DNA from: Gonapodya sp. JEL0774
Lineage: Eukaryota
NCBI GenBank assembly: GCA_027604505.1
Contig: JADIIX010000040.1
Location: forward strand, 62,001 to 126,000
Direction of reading: 5' to 3'
Length of the DNA: 64,000 nt
Shown: positions 40,203 through 53,600 of the stretch, in pieces
Layout of the letters: every line of letters starts with the position of its first letter
How positions within the stretch are numbered: position 1 is the first letter of the stretch
Notes under the pieces: model-generated
What the model saw: only the letters and a program-made list of their open reading frames with translations
Told to the model about the DNA's origin: nothing
The model's database searches: none
Position numbers and translations under genes: made by a program

Positions 40203-41079
40203 TCATGTTGAGTTATATGATAAATCCGCTAACTCAGCTCGAATGCCGTCTGTTCCTTGCACTATCGCTGTCGTAATCTTGGATAATCTAAACGCACATC
40301 TGGCCAGTAAAATGATAACTAAAACCCAAAATTTGTGGATGTCTCACCTCTCTTCCAGCTCCTCGCATTCAGCGGAAAAATCCTGTTCTCCCAAAAGTGA
40401 CTGTGATTTGACCACCTGGTATCTCGCGATCTTTTGGATTGCATTTAGAAGACGAGCACCGTCATTTGTTTATAGTCTAACATAGAATGAACTGCTCGAA
40501 CTCACGGTTTTCAGTTTTGCGACCTCATTGTCTTCGATATCTTTGACCATTGTCTCTAGGTCTCCATGTCCAGTTGCCTTCAACCCTTGCAAAACATTTC
40601 GAGTGTCCAGTCGAATGGAAGAAAGCCCTTGTGTTATAAGCGATGTTACGAGGGTGTACTGGCGATGGGAACTGGGCTCTGCGATGTAAAGTCGGAAAAC
40701 ACTGTGTAGAACGGCACAACCTCGTACTGTGACGAGAATCGACGAAACCAAGAAGAGCCACACACCCATATTGTCCCACTTACTGGTCCAACCACTTGTA
40801 GTATAAAACACGATTCCCCTGAAGCGCCAACCATCGTTTCAACCACATGAATGTCACCTCCTCTCGCTGGGAGCTTGAATAGACAGACTCTTCGTCAGTT
40901 TTCGATGACAATGGAGTCGGGGGTAGCTCGCTTTCGAGAAGATCTGCAGCCGGTTGAAGGATCCATTTTGAATCTTCATCAGCTGGAATACTTGACGGAA
41001 GGTACCACGATTTATTTCCGTGGGGTTCATGGCTTGGTGATGCAGCAGTTTCGCCCGGGGGGGTAATTCCGTCGGTCAT
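40203..41079 (-). CDS. Probable REX1-B domain protein (REX1BD/C19orf60-like)
   Basis: Helical small protein: LQGNRVLYYKW|..FRLYI..QYTLVTSLITQGLSSIRLD..MVKDIEDNEVAKLKT|IARYQV..RLSKITTAIVQGTDGIRAELADL. The pattern resembles the REX1-B domain as recalled, not searched. Confidence 0.55.
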
Positions 41080-41193
41080 GTAGATTGTAGATTCTTCTTA
41101 GGTGAATTGTGATGGCTTATATTTGAGTGTCCTGTTTTCGAGATTCTGTTGAGGCTCATCTTCATCACCTTTCATCTCAATATTTCAAAGGGA
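41080..41193. promoter_or_regulatory. Putative bidirectional promoter between the REX1-B-like gene and BRK1
   Basis: Divergent ATGs 114 nt apart. Confidence 0.45.
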
Positions 41194-41553
41194 ATGCAGA
41201 AATCAGCTATCAACGACGACTGGGAAGCCCGAGAATTTATGGCATCCTTGAACGATGGAATCCAGACGATTGTCACGTTTTTGGCGAAGTTTGGTGGGTT
41301 TGCCAACTCCGAACGCTGAGAGTTTTGACACAAATCCAGAGTGGTGGGACCTACTATTCCACTACAGATTCTCATACTCGCTACCAATTGAATCGAATGG
41401 AAGAAAAACTGACTTACATGGAAAGGCGACTGACGTTTCTGGAGTCCAGTGTTAGTGATTGACGAACGCCGAAGGGTTTGCAAATATTAATCAGTTCGTT
41501 CTCATCAGGTGGTGGACATATCAACGCAGGCGGATGTGCAAAGCACTCGTTGA
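41194..41553 (+). CDS. BRK1: BRICK1/HSPC300, SCAR/WAVE complex subunit
   Basis: The 3-exon model reads MQKSAINDDWEAREFMASLNDGIQTIVTFLAKF|DSHTRYQLNRMEEKLTYMERRLTFLESS|VVDISTQADVQSTR*. It matches the BRK1 consensus DWxNRE..I..I..FLNxFDxSxRxxLxxLNEKLTxLERxxxxLEA. Confidence 0.88.
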
Positions 41554-41642
41554 CAGAGCTTAGACGCGGATCAGCGTCTCGGGGTCACTCCAAGCTCACA
41601 AATTTGGAGGCGTCTCCACAAGTTGCTCATGTACATTGCAAA

Positions 41643-44354
41643 CTACAAATTTAAGGTTAAATCAACCACTGTGAATTTTTTCGTGCCGTCACCTCTGAGT
41701 CCTGCAAGATATTGCTTCTTGTGCACAACCTGCGTGGCAGATGATTTTACGGTCTGAGTAGACGACGCCTTTGGCTCGTAATGCTGCGTTTCAGAATCAC
41801 GCCTAAAAGTCGAGGAGACTGTTTGAGTAGAGTGCGTCCTCTTCGTCTTCAGATTGACCTAGTTTCGGCAAGGACTGTCAGTAATTTGGTTGGAACAACG
41901 ATATCCGCACCACCTCACCAGCACCAACGCCCTTCTCCGCAACTCCCATTCGTTCCACTGGTACTTTGGATCGATGTTTGTGTCCATGATGTGAGTGTCC
42001 ACTTGCGTGCCTACTTCAGCAACCATGGACAGCTTCCCCAAGCCGTTCTTAGCCTTGGAGTACCACTTTGCCTTCTCAAGCGCATCCACTGTTGGAAAGT
42101 AGTGATAAAGATGACAAAGTTGGATGAGTGGAGCCTGTCGCTTGGCGAGGTCTACCGCAGCTTGGATGTACCTTTGGATAGAGTGGTCATCAGTTCATTG
42201 GTGGTAAGGTGGGATCCCATAATACTCGCGATCTCACTTTTCCGGATCCACTGCCCATTTCTCTACTAGTTCTTTCTTTGCAAATGCGTAACACTTGTCC
42301 CGGTACCTCACCAATCCTAAATTCCGATCACCAGGGACTACCAGTCCAGCACGGTCGACCAACGTCACAGGACAAAATCCACCCATTTCACAACGTATTT
42401 GATGGTACGAAGTGGTGTTAGATGGGTGAAGGACTTGAATCTCGCGGTTGATGGGAGTGAGAACAGTCATAAGCAAAGTCGCGGACGAGGTTATTTTCTC
42501 ATCTACAGATTAGTAATAAAGGTGTCATGTTCAGTTCCGACCTTCCAAGGAACAAAAGAATGAACAGCGCACCATCGATCATCGACGGCTCCAAAGTGGT
42601 GATCAGGGGCTTCGCCTTTTCCAAAACCTCCAGCGGAATCGTTACGGTGAACGACGAAGAGTGAGAATGTAAAAGATCGAGGATACCGCGGCGAAATGCG
42701 ATCAAGAAAAGCTCGTCGCGGTAACCAGACCACAAGGAGGCTAGAGAAAGAAAATGGGGCTGGATGGCGTTGTTTTCTGTAAGTAAGGAAGTATGTATTC
42801 GGTCATATCTTTCCACTCACGTATACTTGATCAACCGGCACTGCCGTTCTTGCTCTGCATGCTGCTTTGAGCTCAGCCACTGTTTCCTGAAACCGGTCAC
42901 CGAGCAACTTGAGAGTCTTCTGACTGTCCCTAAGTTGCTTCTGCACGGCATCAACGTAAATGAGAAGCTGTCGCCGAAATGTTGAAGAAGAAATAATCTG
43001 TGCCAGGAGAACTTTTGAAGGCGGCACTGGTTGGCTATGAGTGGGCTTCTCCAGAGGCGCAGTCTGAAGAAAAGATATGGTGGCTAAAACATGCTGCGAA
43101 AAGTGAGCACGTGTCCACAAAGTCAGAGCGAAAGACGGGAGTTTCACATGCCTAGCTCAAGTTGAAGTGTTTGCTTTGCCTTGTGTTCCAGTTCGCTGGA
43201 TATTTTCAGACACTCGCCAACTTCAGCGCCACAAAGCTCAGGAACTGGCTCAATTTCACACGTCTTCAGTGCCCTACCGAAGACAAGCAGCATCTTCTTC
43301 TTATGAAGAAACTCACGTGCGTCGATGCCCTCCCCACCCTTTCCGAGTGCGCGGTTGAAGAGACGGATTCCTGCGACAAGCTGGGAGAGCCCGTTCAGTT
43401 GCGTCTCCTTTCCAACCCTATCAAGATGCAAGAATGTTGACAACTCCGATTGGGGAAACACAGATTCGAGTGCGGCTGTTTCCATTGTGGACTATTTTTA
43501 GGTTGAAGGAATGGGGAACAACGGGGTACTCGAACCTGTTGTCTCCCTAACCACTTTTATGTCCGTTGCTGCACCCATCTTTGTTTTGATGAGAACGTAT
43601 GAGACAATTTTTCTATACAGGACTGTTCGTCCCACATTTAGCGGAATGTTGGGGGGCGAAACAGGTGGCAAGCGAACTGACCCTCGAGCATGGCAACAGA
43701 CTTGACCTTTGATTCACATATTTCTTTGACGAAGTTCACCGTTTGCGCTGCTCGAAGTTGCCGTTCTCTGTGCAAAAAGTCGGCTTCATTCGCAAAGTCA
43801 ACTGAGAGCCGATTTCGAACTTCATTGTTCGGAATCCCGAATCACCTTGAGCGGGAAAGTTCGTGTCAAAATAGACCTGCATTTTGATTGTCTCCGCCAC
43901 CGCTGACTCAGTTTCTGTAATGGCTTCGACAGACAGCTTTTGCGGATTTTTGAGTGCTCTCAGACCTCAAGCACAGTGAGAGAACTCTCGGGCATCATTG
44001 ACTGACCTGGATCAATCTCTCAACTTCTTCACGATTCAGCTCATGTTCCACGTTGAACGAGTTCTTTGGATCCAGAACCACAGATCGCACCGTGAAGGCG
44101 GCAAGTGTATCCGACACTGTCAGTGATTGCGGGCTCCCCGGCAATGCGGTCTCCATAGATCCCACAGCCATCCCTGCACCGATGGCTGCGGTTTGGTGAC
44201 CCGATGCTGTGATGTCGGCCGGCTCTAGTGGAGGTGCTGGGAGCTCAAGTGGCCGTGTTTGCTTTACCGCGTGTCGATGATCCTTCAGCACCGCCGAAGC
44301 ACGAGACACAATCTCCCGAATAAGATAGTTGACAACGTCGACCTGCTGGGACAT
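41643..44354 (-). CDS. CFAP206: Cilia- and flagella-associated protein 206 (radial spoke base)
   Basis: SDTLAAFTVRSVVLDP, ETAALESVFPQSEL..QLNGLSQLVAGIRLFN..GKGGEGID, RTAVPVDQVYP.F, GFCPVTLV..GLVVPG, GTQVDTHIMDTNIDPKYQWNEWELRRRALVL and STQT..FRRDSETQHY.PK. Confidence 0.9.
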
Positions 44355-44628
44355 GGCTGTGAAATCTCCAGCAACAAACGTATGCCTCAATCAAGTTCGT
44401 TGGTTAGTTGCACACTGGACGACTATGGCCCGAAGCGAAGGTCTGGACCAGGAAGCCCCCATGACCTTTATCCATTATCGGAACCTTCTTGACAATGATT
44501 TGAAGCTCCAGCTCAGCGATTTGTTATCTTGATGTATAAAATCGTTTCGACTATTACTTCGAACTCTGGCTCAATAATTTGACATCTTGATGTATTTTTG
44601 TCGATGTTATCTTTCTATTGTTCACTAT

Positions 44629-45957
44629 TCACGAACGCCTACCAATGACATGCTTCAAAAAGAGAAAGGATACATACTTCTGAATCAAAAAAATTGGATA
44701 TCGACGAGGTAATATGTTCAAAGGACGCGGGAGATGACGTCGTGCTATTGATGGAGACACTGGGCTCATCGTGGCGCCCTCCAAGTTCTCGCTGTCCGGA
44801 CTTCGACTTAGATTCGGAATGTCGGGGATGGGCTTTGCGTCTTGTGCCATGATAATGAACTGAGGCACAGTGCTTTTTACTTCATTTTGAAGGTTTAAGA
44901 GACGACAACTCAGTTCCTCCGTACTCACAGCAGGAAACATTAGGGCGAAGAGTGCCGCCCCCATAAGTTGTGGGAGATAAAATGTCATCACAGCGCATGG
45001 TAGACCTGTGTGATATGGTACATTTGTGCTCAAAGCTCACGGGAAAAGGAGTAACGCTCACCAAACCCCAAAAAGTATCCCCACTTCTCCTCCATAAATG
45101 CGACCCTCAATTCAAAGTCCCAGGCCTTGTGAACCCAGCGATATTCGAAACTGTACATGGAAACAATCCAGGCAAAATATGAGAGACTAACTAGGGAGCC
45201 GAATCGGAACGGGAGTGCCAAATAAAGCAGAGTGCATAACTGCAGATGGATCAGATAAACAAGATTTTTTAGGATTTCAGTAGCAAATGACTGAACAATG
45301 CTGTGGAAAGCAATCGCAAGTCACAACTACAATCTGGAATGCATAGTAGAAGCGTATCCCTCACTTATCGTAATTGCGCTCCGGTTTGGGACGAGGTTTC
45401 CCCCCATTGAGTTCTAGCGCACCATCTGCGATCTGTTGATACCAAATGGATGAAAGAACCAACGAGAGAACGTAGATGGGATAGCTCCAAAATAGCTGCG
45501 TCGAACGAGAACTACGAAGACTGGAGTGGACGGCAACACTCTTCCATCTTTCTCTGCAAAACCACCCACGTTGAATACTCTCGCTAAAAGGGATTCGGTC
45601 ATCCACGCCCCTTCTTCGACGTTCAATCCAAGAACCTCCTTGGCCATTGGAAGAACGACCACTTCGAACACCACCAAGGAACCAAGGAACACCACCCCAT
45701 TCAGCACAACGCATTTAAAGAACGCTGCTTGAATCTTTGGAGATCTAGAAGTGTATGGTGAGCATAAATCAAGGTATCATTGGCAGGGGCACTGCAGAAC
45801 TGAAAGCATCGCAAGGGGATCGAGCTCACCTTCGCACCTTTGAAAAAGCCGTTAGCCACCGCGATGCATCCATAAATCCAGCCCAAGTCCACGCCCCGAC
45901 CCGAATGAAATCATCAATGAGAGGGAAATCTCGCCTCCACTCGGGTACAGACTCCAT
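44629..45957 (-). CDS. EI24: Etoposide-induced protein 2.4 (EI24) family autophagy membrane protein
   Basis: CVVLNGVVFLGSLVVF, FWSYPIYVLSLVLSSIWYQQIAD, YSFEYRW..WDFELRVAFMEEKWGYFLGFG and ALFALMFP|FIIMA. The start could be 46077. Confidence 0.88.
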
Positions 45958-46265
45958 GGTTTCCGAGGACGAGAACGTGGAAGACAAAATAGACAGAGAA
46001 CGTCCAGATGATGATCTATTTGGTAGGTGTAGAGTTTTCACAACTGCGAAATTGGCTTCTGTTGGAGGAGGATCCATCTGACAATTTTGAACCCGACAGC
46101 CCCACCAATGGTATGTAACCGATCATGGAAGAACTGCACCGTTGCAATTCAACACTCATCAACCAAGACTTCGGCACTGATAGTTTGCTGGACAAGTTCA
46201 CTACCTACATTAATAGCGCCAAAAGTAGAGAAACAATATTGAGACAAGTAGTATGAAATATACCA

Positions 46266-47360
46266 TCACTTCCGGTTCATGACAACGATTTCGTACCCCT
46301 GCCCCTGTAATTCTTTCGGCGCAATCGCTCTCTGGAGCAGCTGGCAGGTCCAAGCAGTTTCCGAAATGAATGGGTGGGTGTGCACATGTGCGGAGAGAGG
46401 GAAGGACCACAGATGCGCGCTTACAATTTTGTAATTCCACCCTCTCTCCTCAGCTAAGACGAAGAACTTATCCTCGCCAAAGCCTCGTTGCTTATACGTT
46501 AAAATGGCCTCGGAATGAGGCTTAGAGAGCGCGTCCATAGTGGAAAGGAGGGCAGCATGAAGTTGGGGTAGATACTGCGGGAGAAGAGATTACAGCCTCC
46601 ATCTTGAGCCGTGGATGCAAAAAAAGTCGACCAGGTTAAACAACACGTACTAAGCACTCAGAGGCGATGATCACGTCCGCTGATTCAAGTCCTTGGAGAT
46701 TCTCTGACCACTCCAGGTTCCTCACTTAACCAATGATCACCGATGAGTCCAGAAGCGGCGAAAACACAATCGAAATTCTTTAACCTTTGACCAGCTTTTC
46801 TCGTGCAGTATCTAACGAGAGACCATTAAGCTCAATGTTCTCTTCCAGTAATTGCAATTGATGTTCTCCCAAGTCAGTTAAGGTCACGGAGCTAGCGCCT
46901 GAGAGAGCTGCAACGATGCCCGCGAGGCCTGTTCCTGCGCTTTGAAGAATACAATGTTGTTCGTAGACATGGCTCGGCGCCCTGCCAACGGAAACGCACC
47001 CAAGCTCCACGAACGATTTTCCAGTGCAGTGGAACCTGTTACTCAAGTACTCAGACAGAATAATGGCGCCATCCCACACTCGCAGGCCAGTGTTCTGGTT
47101 GGCTGCAATTAAGGTTAGGTTCCTGTGGAAACACTTTTGTAGGGTGCGTACCTTTTTCAAATCGATCTCCTCGTGTGGTCGCTGTCGAATCCTCACTAGA
47201 AGTCGAGAAGCAGAAAGTTGGTCTTACGTTTGTTGCATGTCAGGTGCGATCTCCCAGCTGGTCGGTACAAACCCAGGCGTCCCCCGAAAGAGAACGTCCT
47301 TTCCTCAAGATGTCGTACATTTACGTAAGGATTTATGATCGTGTATGGAACTAAGGCCAT
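46266..47360 (-). CDS. METTL21-family protein-lysine methyltransferase
   Basis: MALVPY..TFSFGGRL|VRIRQ, TGLRVWDGAIILSEYL, GKSFVELG|AGTGLAGIVAA, VTLTDL, DVIIASECL|YLP and LTYKQRGFGEDKFF. Confidence 0.88.
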
Positions 47361-47454
47361 CCGACCTTTGTTGCGAGTGGGTGTTCCAGGTTGGTATGTA
47401 TGTACCCATCAGTGACCACAGTAGTGCGGGATTCGAGCAGACGGACTGCATGTA
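47361..47454. promoter_or_regulatory. Putative bidirectional promoter between the METTL21-like gene and PSF3
   Basis: Divergent ATGs 94 nt apart. Confidence 0.5.
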
Positions 47455-48376
47455 ATGGATATTGATTTGAACCCAGATGACGGAAGAGGCGAGGAATACT
47501 GGGACATTGATGCTATTCTATCTGAGCAGCAGGTGAGATTTGCAGAACGAACTCTCGATCAGATAGTGCAACGTGGGCAACTGGAAAATATCCAATCTCC
47601 TGCAGAAAGTTGCCGGATACTTCAAAAACGACGTGCCACGCTTTGGATTTCTCGCAGGATCGAAGTCTGATGTTGTGAGCACATCGGCTTCTGGAATCCG
47701 TTGAATTGTTCAAGCACTAATGGGCATGGGTCTTTGTAGCTTCCAAAGGGGACAAGAGTGGAGATTCCGTTTTGGATTGCAGAAAGCCTGGCTGCAAAGT
47801 GAGATTGTTTGTGGCATCAGCGCAAATCTCAGCTTACACCAGCTGGATCGTTCAGTCACCTTTTGGACATCGAGGTACCCCGATGTTTTGGAACACGTGC
47901 CCGAAATGAGCTCCAGGCAAGCCCGACATCCGTCGATTTGAATTTGTACTGCCCGTACTTCTATGCTTTTGGTGTCAACATCAACAACCTGTGAGTGAGT
48001 GGACTTCCTGAAATCCCCAGACTCCTTGGAACCCGATATACCCTCCAAACTTCCTCAGCATCGTGGACAGTACTCTAAATAAAATATTGGCACGGACTTT
48101 CGCAGCACGGATGCAACGTGTCATGGACTATACTCAGTCCTCCATCCTCGGTGGTGCAGTATTTACAAACTCCATAGAGCAAGATCGATTTCTCAGAACG
48201 CTCGAGGAGGAGGAGAAGGAACGTAAGTCTGGTGACGTTTTGTTTCAACTTGATGCAAATTGGAGGGACCAATGCTTGCGCTTATAGTTCATCGCCTTGG
48301 CGTCCAATCAGCACTGGACACACATCGCTTGTACGCGGACTCTGCCTCAACTCTTCGCAGAAGCGCGTTCCGATGA
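47455..48376 (+). CDS. PSF3: DNA replication GINS complex subunit Psf3
   Basis: EYWDIDAILSEQQ|KVAGYF..GFL, GTRVEIPFWIA, DIEVPRCFGTRARNELQASPTSVDLNLYCPYFYAFG and LARTFAARM..FLRTLEEEEKE. Confidence 0.92.
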
Positions 48377-48508
48377 TGCAAGAAGAGAAGACTGCGCTTC
48401 CAATTTCTTCATGTCTGTTCGTGCCAATATGTGTATTACATGAGTTAAAATTTTCAGCGTACATATATGTACACGGCGCTTAGGCCTAGCAAAGGGGTTG
48501 TGGGCAAC

Positions 48509-50274
48509 TCAGTCAATATCCAAGATACTTTTCATTTTTTCGTACACGACTGTAAAACAGAGAGACCGTTAGGATTTAGAAGCCATTTAGATACCCTGCC
48601 CTGTGTGGAGTACAAATCTGAACTCACCAAAGCTCACTGCTACCATAGGTGTAACTTTGATGTAACCAATGCTCAATCCGACAAAGAAGCCTTTCCACCC
48701 ACTTCTCGCCCGGATCGCTTTTGCGGTCTCCCAGGTCGTCTTGTGCCTGATATCTACAAGTCCCTCTTTCGTACCCGCTGCCAAATGAGTCTTGAAATCT
48801 CGTAGTTCGGATGAACCAGCCACTTGCATTTGTCTCCGTATCACCTCAAGCGGGTAAGAGCACGTTTGTGCGAATGCACCCGCAACTGCACCTGCAAGGA
48901 GTTGTGCAGGTGTATTGAGGAGGAGCTTCCCTGCTGCAGACTTCCCGCGCTTGGAAGCTCGTTGTGACAGACGTGCAGCTTCCTCAGGTGAAGCAAGCAT
49001 CCAGCGGCCAAGTCGTTGTCGGAAAAATTGGGAGACTGATTCGTAGGTCCAAAAGGAGATTCCTGCGTATGGTATCATACCATACACCGTCGGCAAGAAT
49101 CCCCTGTAAAAATTGAATACCCCGGCCACGGGCTTCATGAGCGCCTGAGACAGTAGCACTGGTGATTGAGTTACTGCAGCCACTCTTCCTCCTGCGGCAC
49201 TTTCGAGTACCGCGGTGTTAAAATGTGATGTTCCTGGAGAACGACCTGACGCCTCGGTAACGAGAAGTTCTCGATACGGGGGATAGTGATTTGCGATGAC
49301 AGTGTTTGGCTCTATGTAAATACGGTGGACAGTGCCCAGAATGCTTGGGTGGCGAATTTGTGTTGAGAATGCCATGCGAACGCGAATGAGCTCGAGAGGA
49401 TAGGTAAAGAATACAGAGGTCACGCCTTTGGATAGGGATGCGTCGACGGTTTTCAGACTTTCGAAACCTTTGTAGCAACTGCTGATTCCACTATCTCACC
49501 GGCCAAAGATCCTGCTAAGAGGTGTTTCAAACCAGTTTCATCGGCAACGACAGGCATAAGCCACTTGAGCAGAGAGAGGACTACTTGAATATTCCGATTG
49601 AGGCGCAACTCAAATGGAACTCACGTGTTTGTACTGTTCAAACGCCATAAACTTCAAGGCCGCGTAGGGAAAAATTCGCAACAGGGTAGCCGAATGGCCT
49701 TGAAAAAGACCTCGAGCGCCATACTCAGTGTAAATCTCGCGCATTGCGTCGAAGAATCCCGTGAAGCTACCTGATAAAAAATACCAGGTGAGTTTCATCT
49801 CTTAGCAATAGAACATATTCAAACAGACCAATATGGCGCTGAAACTTGGGATTTGAAGTTTGGAAAAGAATTTTTACTCGGTCCAAAGGTGCTATGACCT
49901 ACGGTGGGAGTGTGATGGGTTTGCATCATCGCTGGCAGGTACTATCGCCAGGAAGCACCGACCGTTTTAGCGACACATCCAGCTACTCCACCAGCTAGCA
50001 ATGACCGTGCAACGTAATCCATACTCCGTTTGTCTCGATGTCGCCTCTCGATTGCTTCCGAAGTACCGGAAGAAGATCTTAGAACAGTTGCTGACCCATC
50101 CGGGTGCCTGTAAGTGTCTGTCCCATCTGAGCTACGCGATTGTGTGATACTTCCAGGTAAAGGAGGGTCGGAAGGACAAAGCGGCGGTGGTGGCATCGCA
50201 GAAGGGTTGGTTTGCCTTGAATGGACTAGTGCTCCGAGCACTCCCGACGCAACACTAGTCTTTTCAGAGGTCAT
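48509..50274 (-). CDS. Mitochondrial carrier, Leu5/SLC25A16/42-like (putative CoA transporter)
   Basis: Three PxD/ExxK/R repeats: [41 protein letters not shown] and [14 protein letters not shown]. Also [21 protein letters not shown] and [15 protein letters not shown]. The start may be upstream (50490). Confidence 0.9.
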
Positions 50275-50678
50275 ATATCCGTTCCAATCAGAATTCGGAA
50301 GAAAAGGATAAAACAGAGTATTTATCAACAGGCGTGGTGGGCAGAGAACATTATCGAAAGTTGTTATAGGAGGGATGAACAAACTCCGTGGATCAGAGAA
50401 GCAGCTCACCTCGCCCCAGACCCCGTTTGCTATTTCTGCTCCCATTACGGGTGACTTCCGTGTATCTTCCGTAACGTGGACAGAGGTCATGACCTCCGGA
50501 CTCAGTGATCAATCTCGGAGATTGGGTGCATGACGAGCCGATAAGCACTGTGCAACGAAAGCTTTGTTCTTTATATCATGCTCTGAATCTATAACGTCCC
50601 CACTTTCCACCAGGTATTATGCTCTCAATCTTCACTTCCCCAATTTCATCAGATACCTGATTTTCCGATACGGTTCCG

Positions 50679-53600
50679 TCAAAGCTTTACATCCGCAAGT
50701 GGCTACAGAGAAAAAACTCGATATGATGAAGGCCGTCTCCAACTGCACGGATGAGGCAACCCACCGCTCCAAGCTGCTTGGCACGCTTGATACTTTCTCG
50801 GATCCCGAAATCCAGCATAATCCTGGGGGAGCATTGGGTGACGTCAGTGACTATAACCAACAATCACAGCGCCGGACGGACAAAACACTCACTCTTCGGA
50901 ACCGGCCGGAATGGCGTACGCCCGAACATCCTATTGATGACGACAGTCGAAATTTTCAAACAAATCGTCAGCCACTCCTTCTCCGTTGGACAGAAAAGGG
51001 GCGCTCATCCAGTGGAAAAAAGGGCAGCTCACCCTGTAAGTCCGTTCGACCTTGCCACCTTGTCCTCCTCTGGTGTAAGCAAGACCGCCAAATATTTGCG
51101 CGGCTCTGCGATTTTTGAAAGAATAATTTGAATCGCTTACAGGAGACACCAGCATATCAGTTGTGACGAAGGACTCACTCTCGAGCCACGTATTCGACAA
51201 CAATCGACCCGTGAGCCTTCAACAAGGCTATTGGTCCACCAATCCTTTCGTTAAGCTGTGCATGATCCTTGAATGTGTCGAACTGGTGCGCCAACATTTC
51301 CTGCCAAGCTTGCGCAGACTCGATCTGTCGTGCCATGTCTGAACATATGCAAAATTGCACAAAGGATCACGAGCTTTCAAATTCAAGCTAAAGGATGGCA
51401 CAGAAGTGAAAAGTCGGAAAACTTACTTGCCAATTTCCACCGGATGACGCTTGTGTAGGTGTAGCAAGATAGACAGTCAGGGTTACGGCAAATTTATGAT
51501 CGTGCCATTTACGGCTTTGAGCTTACGGGTGTTCGATGAGCAGTTTTCCAAAAGTCTTGCGCTTGTGCTGATGATGAATTCACCACCGATTGGATGTCAA
51601 ATTACAGCAAACCGTCATTCAAAGTCCCTGTATCAAAAAAGTAAAACTACTCACGGCATACCGGAGGGCTTCGTCATACACTGCTCGGGCACTATAAATC
51701 GATGAGCACTAGGAGTCAACCCCGAGGATCAGCAAACGTCTGCTCTGCAGTTACCAATTGAGGAACACTCACAATGTTAAACAACCTTTCAAAGTTGAAG
51801 TTGTGCTTGAAGTGGACAAGAAGTTAGGACACGCAACCGTACAGAGATGTCTTAAACCCACCATCAAGAGTTTAAACCCTTGATTCACCGTGCCCAAAAT
51901 GTTCTCCGCGGGCACTTTGACGTCCTCAAATGTTACAAAAGTTGTACCAGATGCCCAACCTGCATGTTTTCGAAAATGGAGCGATAGTCCACACCAACAC
52001 AATGAGAATGTTCTTGTGTGCCACGAGACCCACCGCCTTGAAGTTGCATCTTTTTAGTAGTGATCCCTCCGTGCTTTCGTTCAATTAGCAACATTGAAAC
52101 ACCTGCTCCACCGGGGCCACCAGTTCTTGTAGCGCGCAAAAGCATAAGATACAGTACTAGAAATACTTCACGTACAACGAACACACTTACCGCACAGCAG
52201 TGATAAAGTACTCTGAGTGACGGGAATATCGTCGCATCAAAGTTCGAAGTGGGATAATATAGACTGGGGAAGATATACTCACCCGCCCTGGAAAGAAATA
52301 GCCCCACAGGAGATTAGTGAGATTAGGACGATAATATTCAAAGAATAAGCAAGCTCAAGCGTACCATATCGCGTTAGTGATCCATTTCTTCGTGCCATTG
52401 ACGATGTAGTACTTGCCATCGTCGGTGAGCTTGGCAGTGGTGGTGATGTTCTGCGTGTCAGAACCCGTTTCGGGTTCGGTGATGGCTTTTACACGATATA
52501 GAGCGGATGACATTCTAAACAACAGAGCTGCGGGTAATGACAGCGACAAAGAAACTCACCCAAGCAACACCAGTTGTTTCCACTGAGAACGTCGTTCAAA
52601 ACGCGCGCTTTGATGTGCGGTTTTGCGCCGTGCCAGACCGGGCTCAAGCCACTGCAACAAAAAGCCAGTCGAGCAAAAATGGACATCTCTTGAGACAAGG
52701 GCAAGGCTTACATAGTGACACCCGCGAAAATGCCGTTGACACAACCCCTACTTCCAACTCTCATGTACTCGTTTCTTGCAACAAGCTTGTGGAATGTGTT
52801 AATTTCCTCGTCCTTTAATCCAGCAACACGAGGGAAGTTGCTCGGAAGCTCCTTGTAAATCGCCGGGGCGTGTTCAAGAGCCAACAAACCGAGTTCCCCG
52901 AACCGTTTGTAGATTGCAGGAGTGACCCCACCGGCTTCTTCCCATTCGAAAATGTTCTACATGTGGGAAGATGAAAAAGGAGGGATTCGGTGGGACGCTT
53001 TCCGAAATACGATTTTTGACGGAAGCGACTCACAGGGGCAAATTCTTTGTCCACGAACTCTCTCAAGTACTTTGCGAGGCGGAAATGAGAGTCTTTGTCT
53101 GTTAAACCGTCGATTGCGAGTTAGACCGATGAGAAATCTGACCAGCTTTGCAGGAACATACACTGACGAGAGAGACGGCAACTTGTTTAGCACTACAACC
53201 AAGGTGAACTTAGATAGATCTTGAACTCACAAAAGGGTGGTGCCAATCCTGCATCCCTGTCGATGGGAAATGGAATCGTTATGGACTCGAAGAGCAATCA
53301 TGAAGCAGGAGCGGAATCCAACATACACATTGGACTTCAGAGGTGGAATTGTCAATCAAATTCAATCAACGATCCCGGACTGAGCTCAAGGATCACTCAC
53401 TCCGAAAAGGGCACCAAATCTCCGAAGAATTGGCCCTCCTTCCGATGAAGTTTGGTTTTCTTCAGCTCCCCTTTCCCTTCAACAACGGTCTTGTCGAGTG
53501 ACTTTAATATGTTCTTGGTACTTGCGAGCTTTCCGACGAGGAGACGAGGACCATAAAGATCCATCACAGCTGTTGGGCAACCGAGGTTCTTCTCATCATT

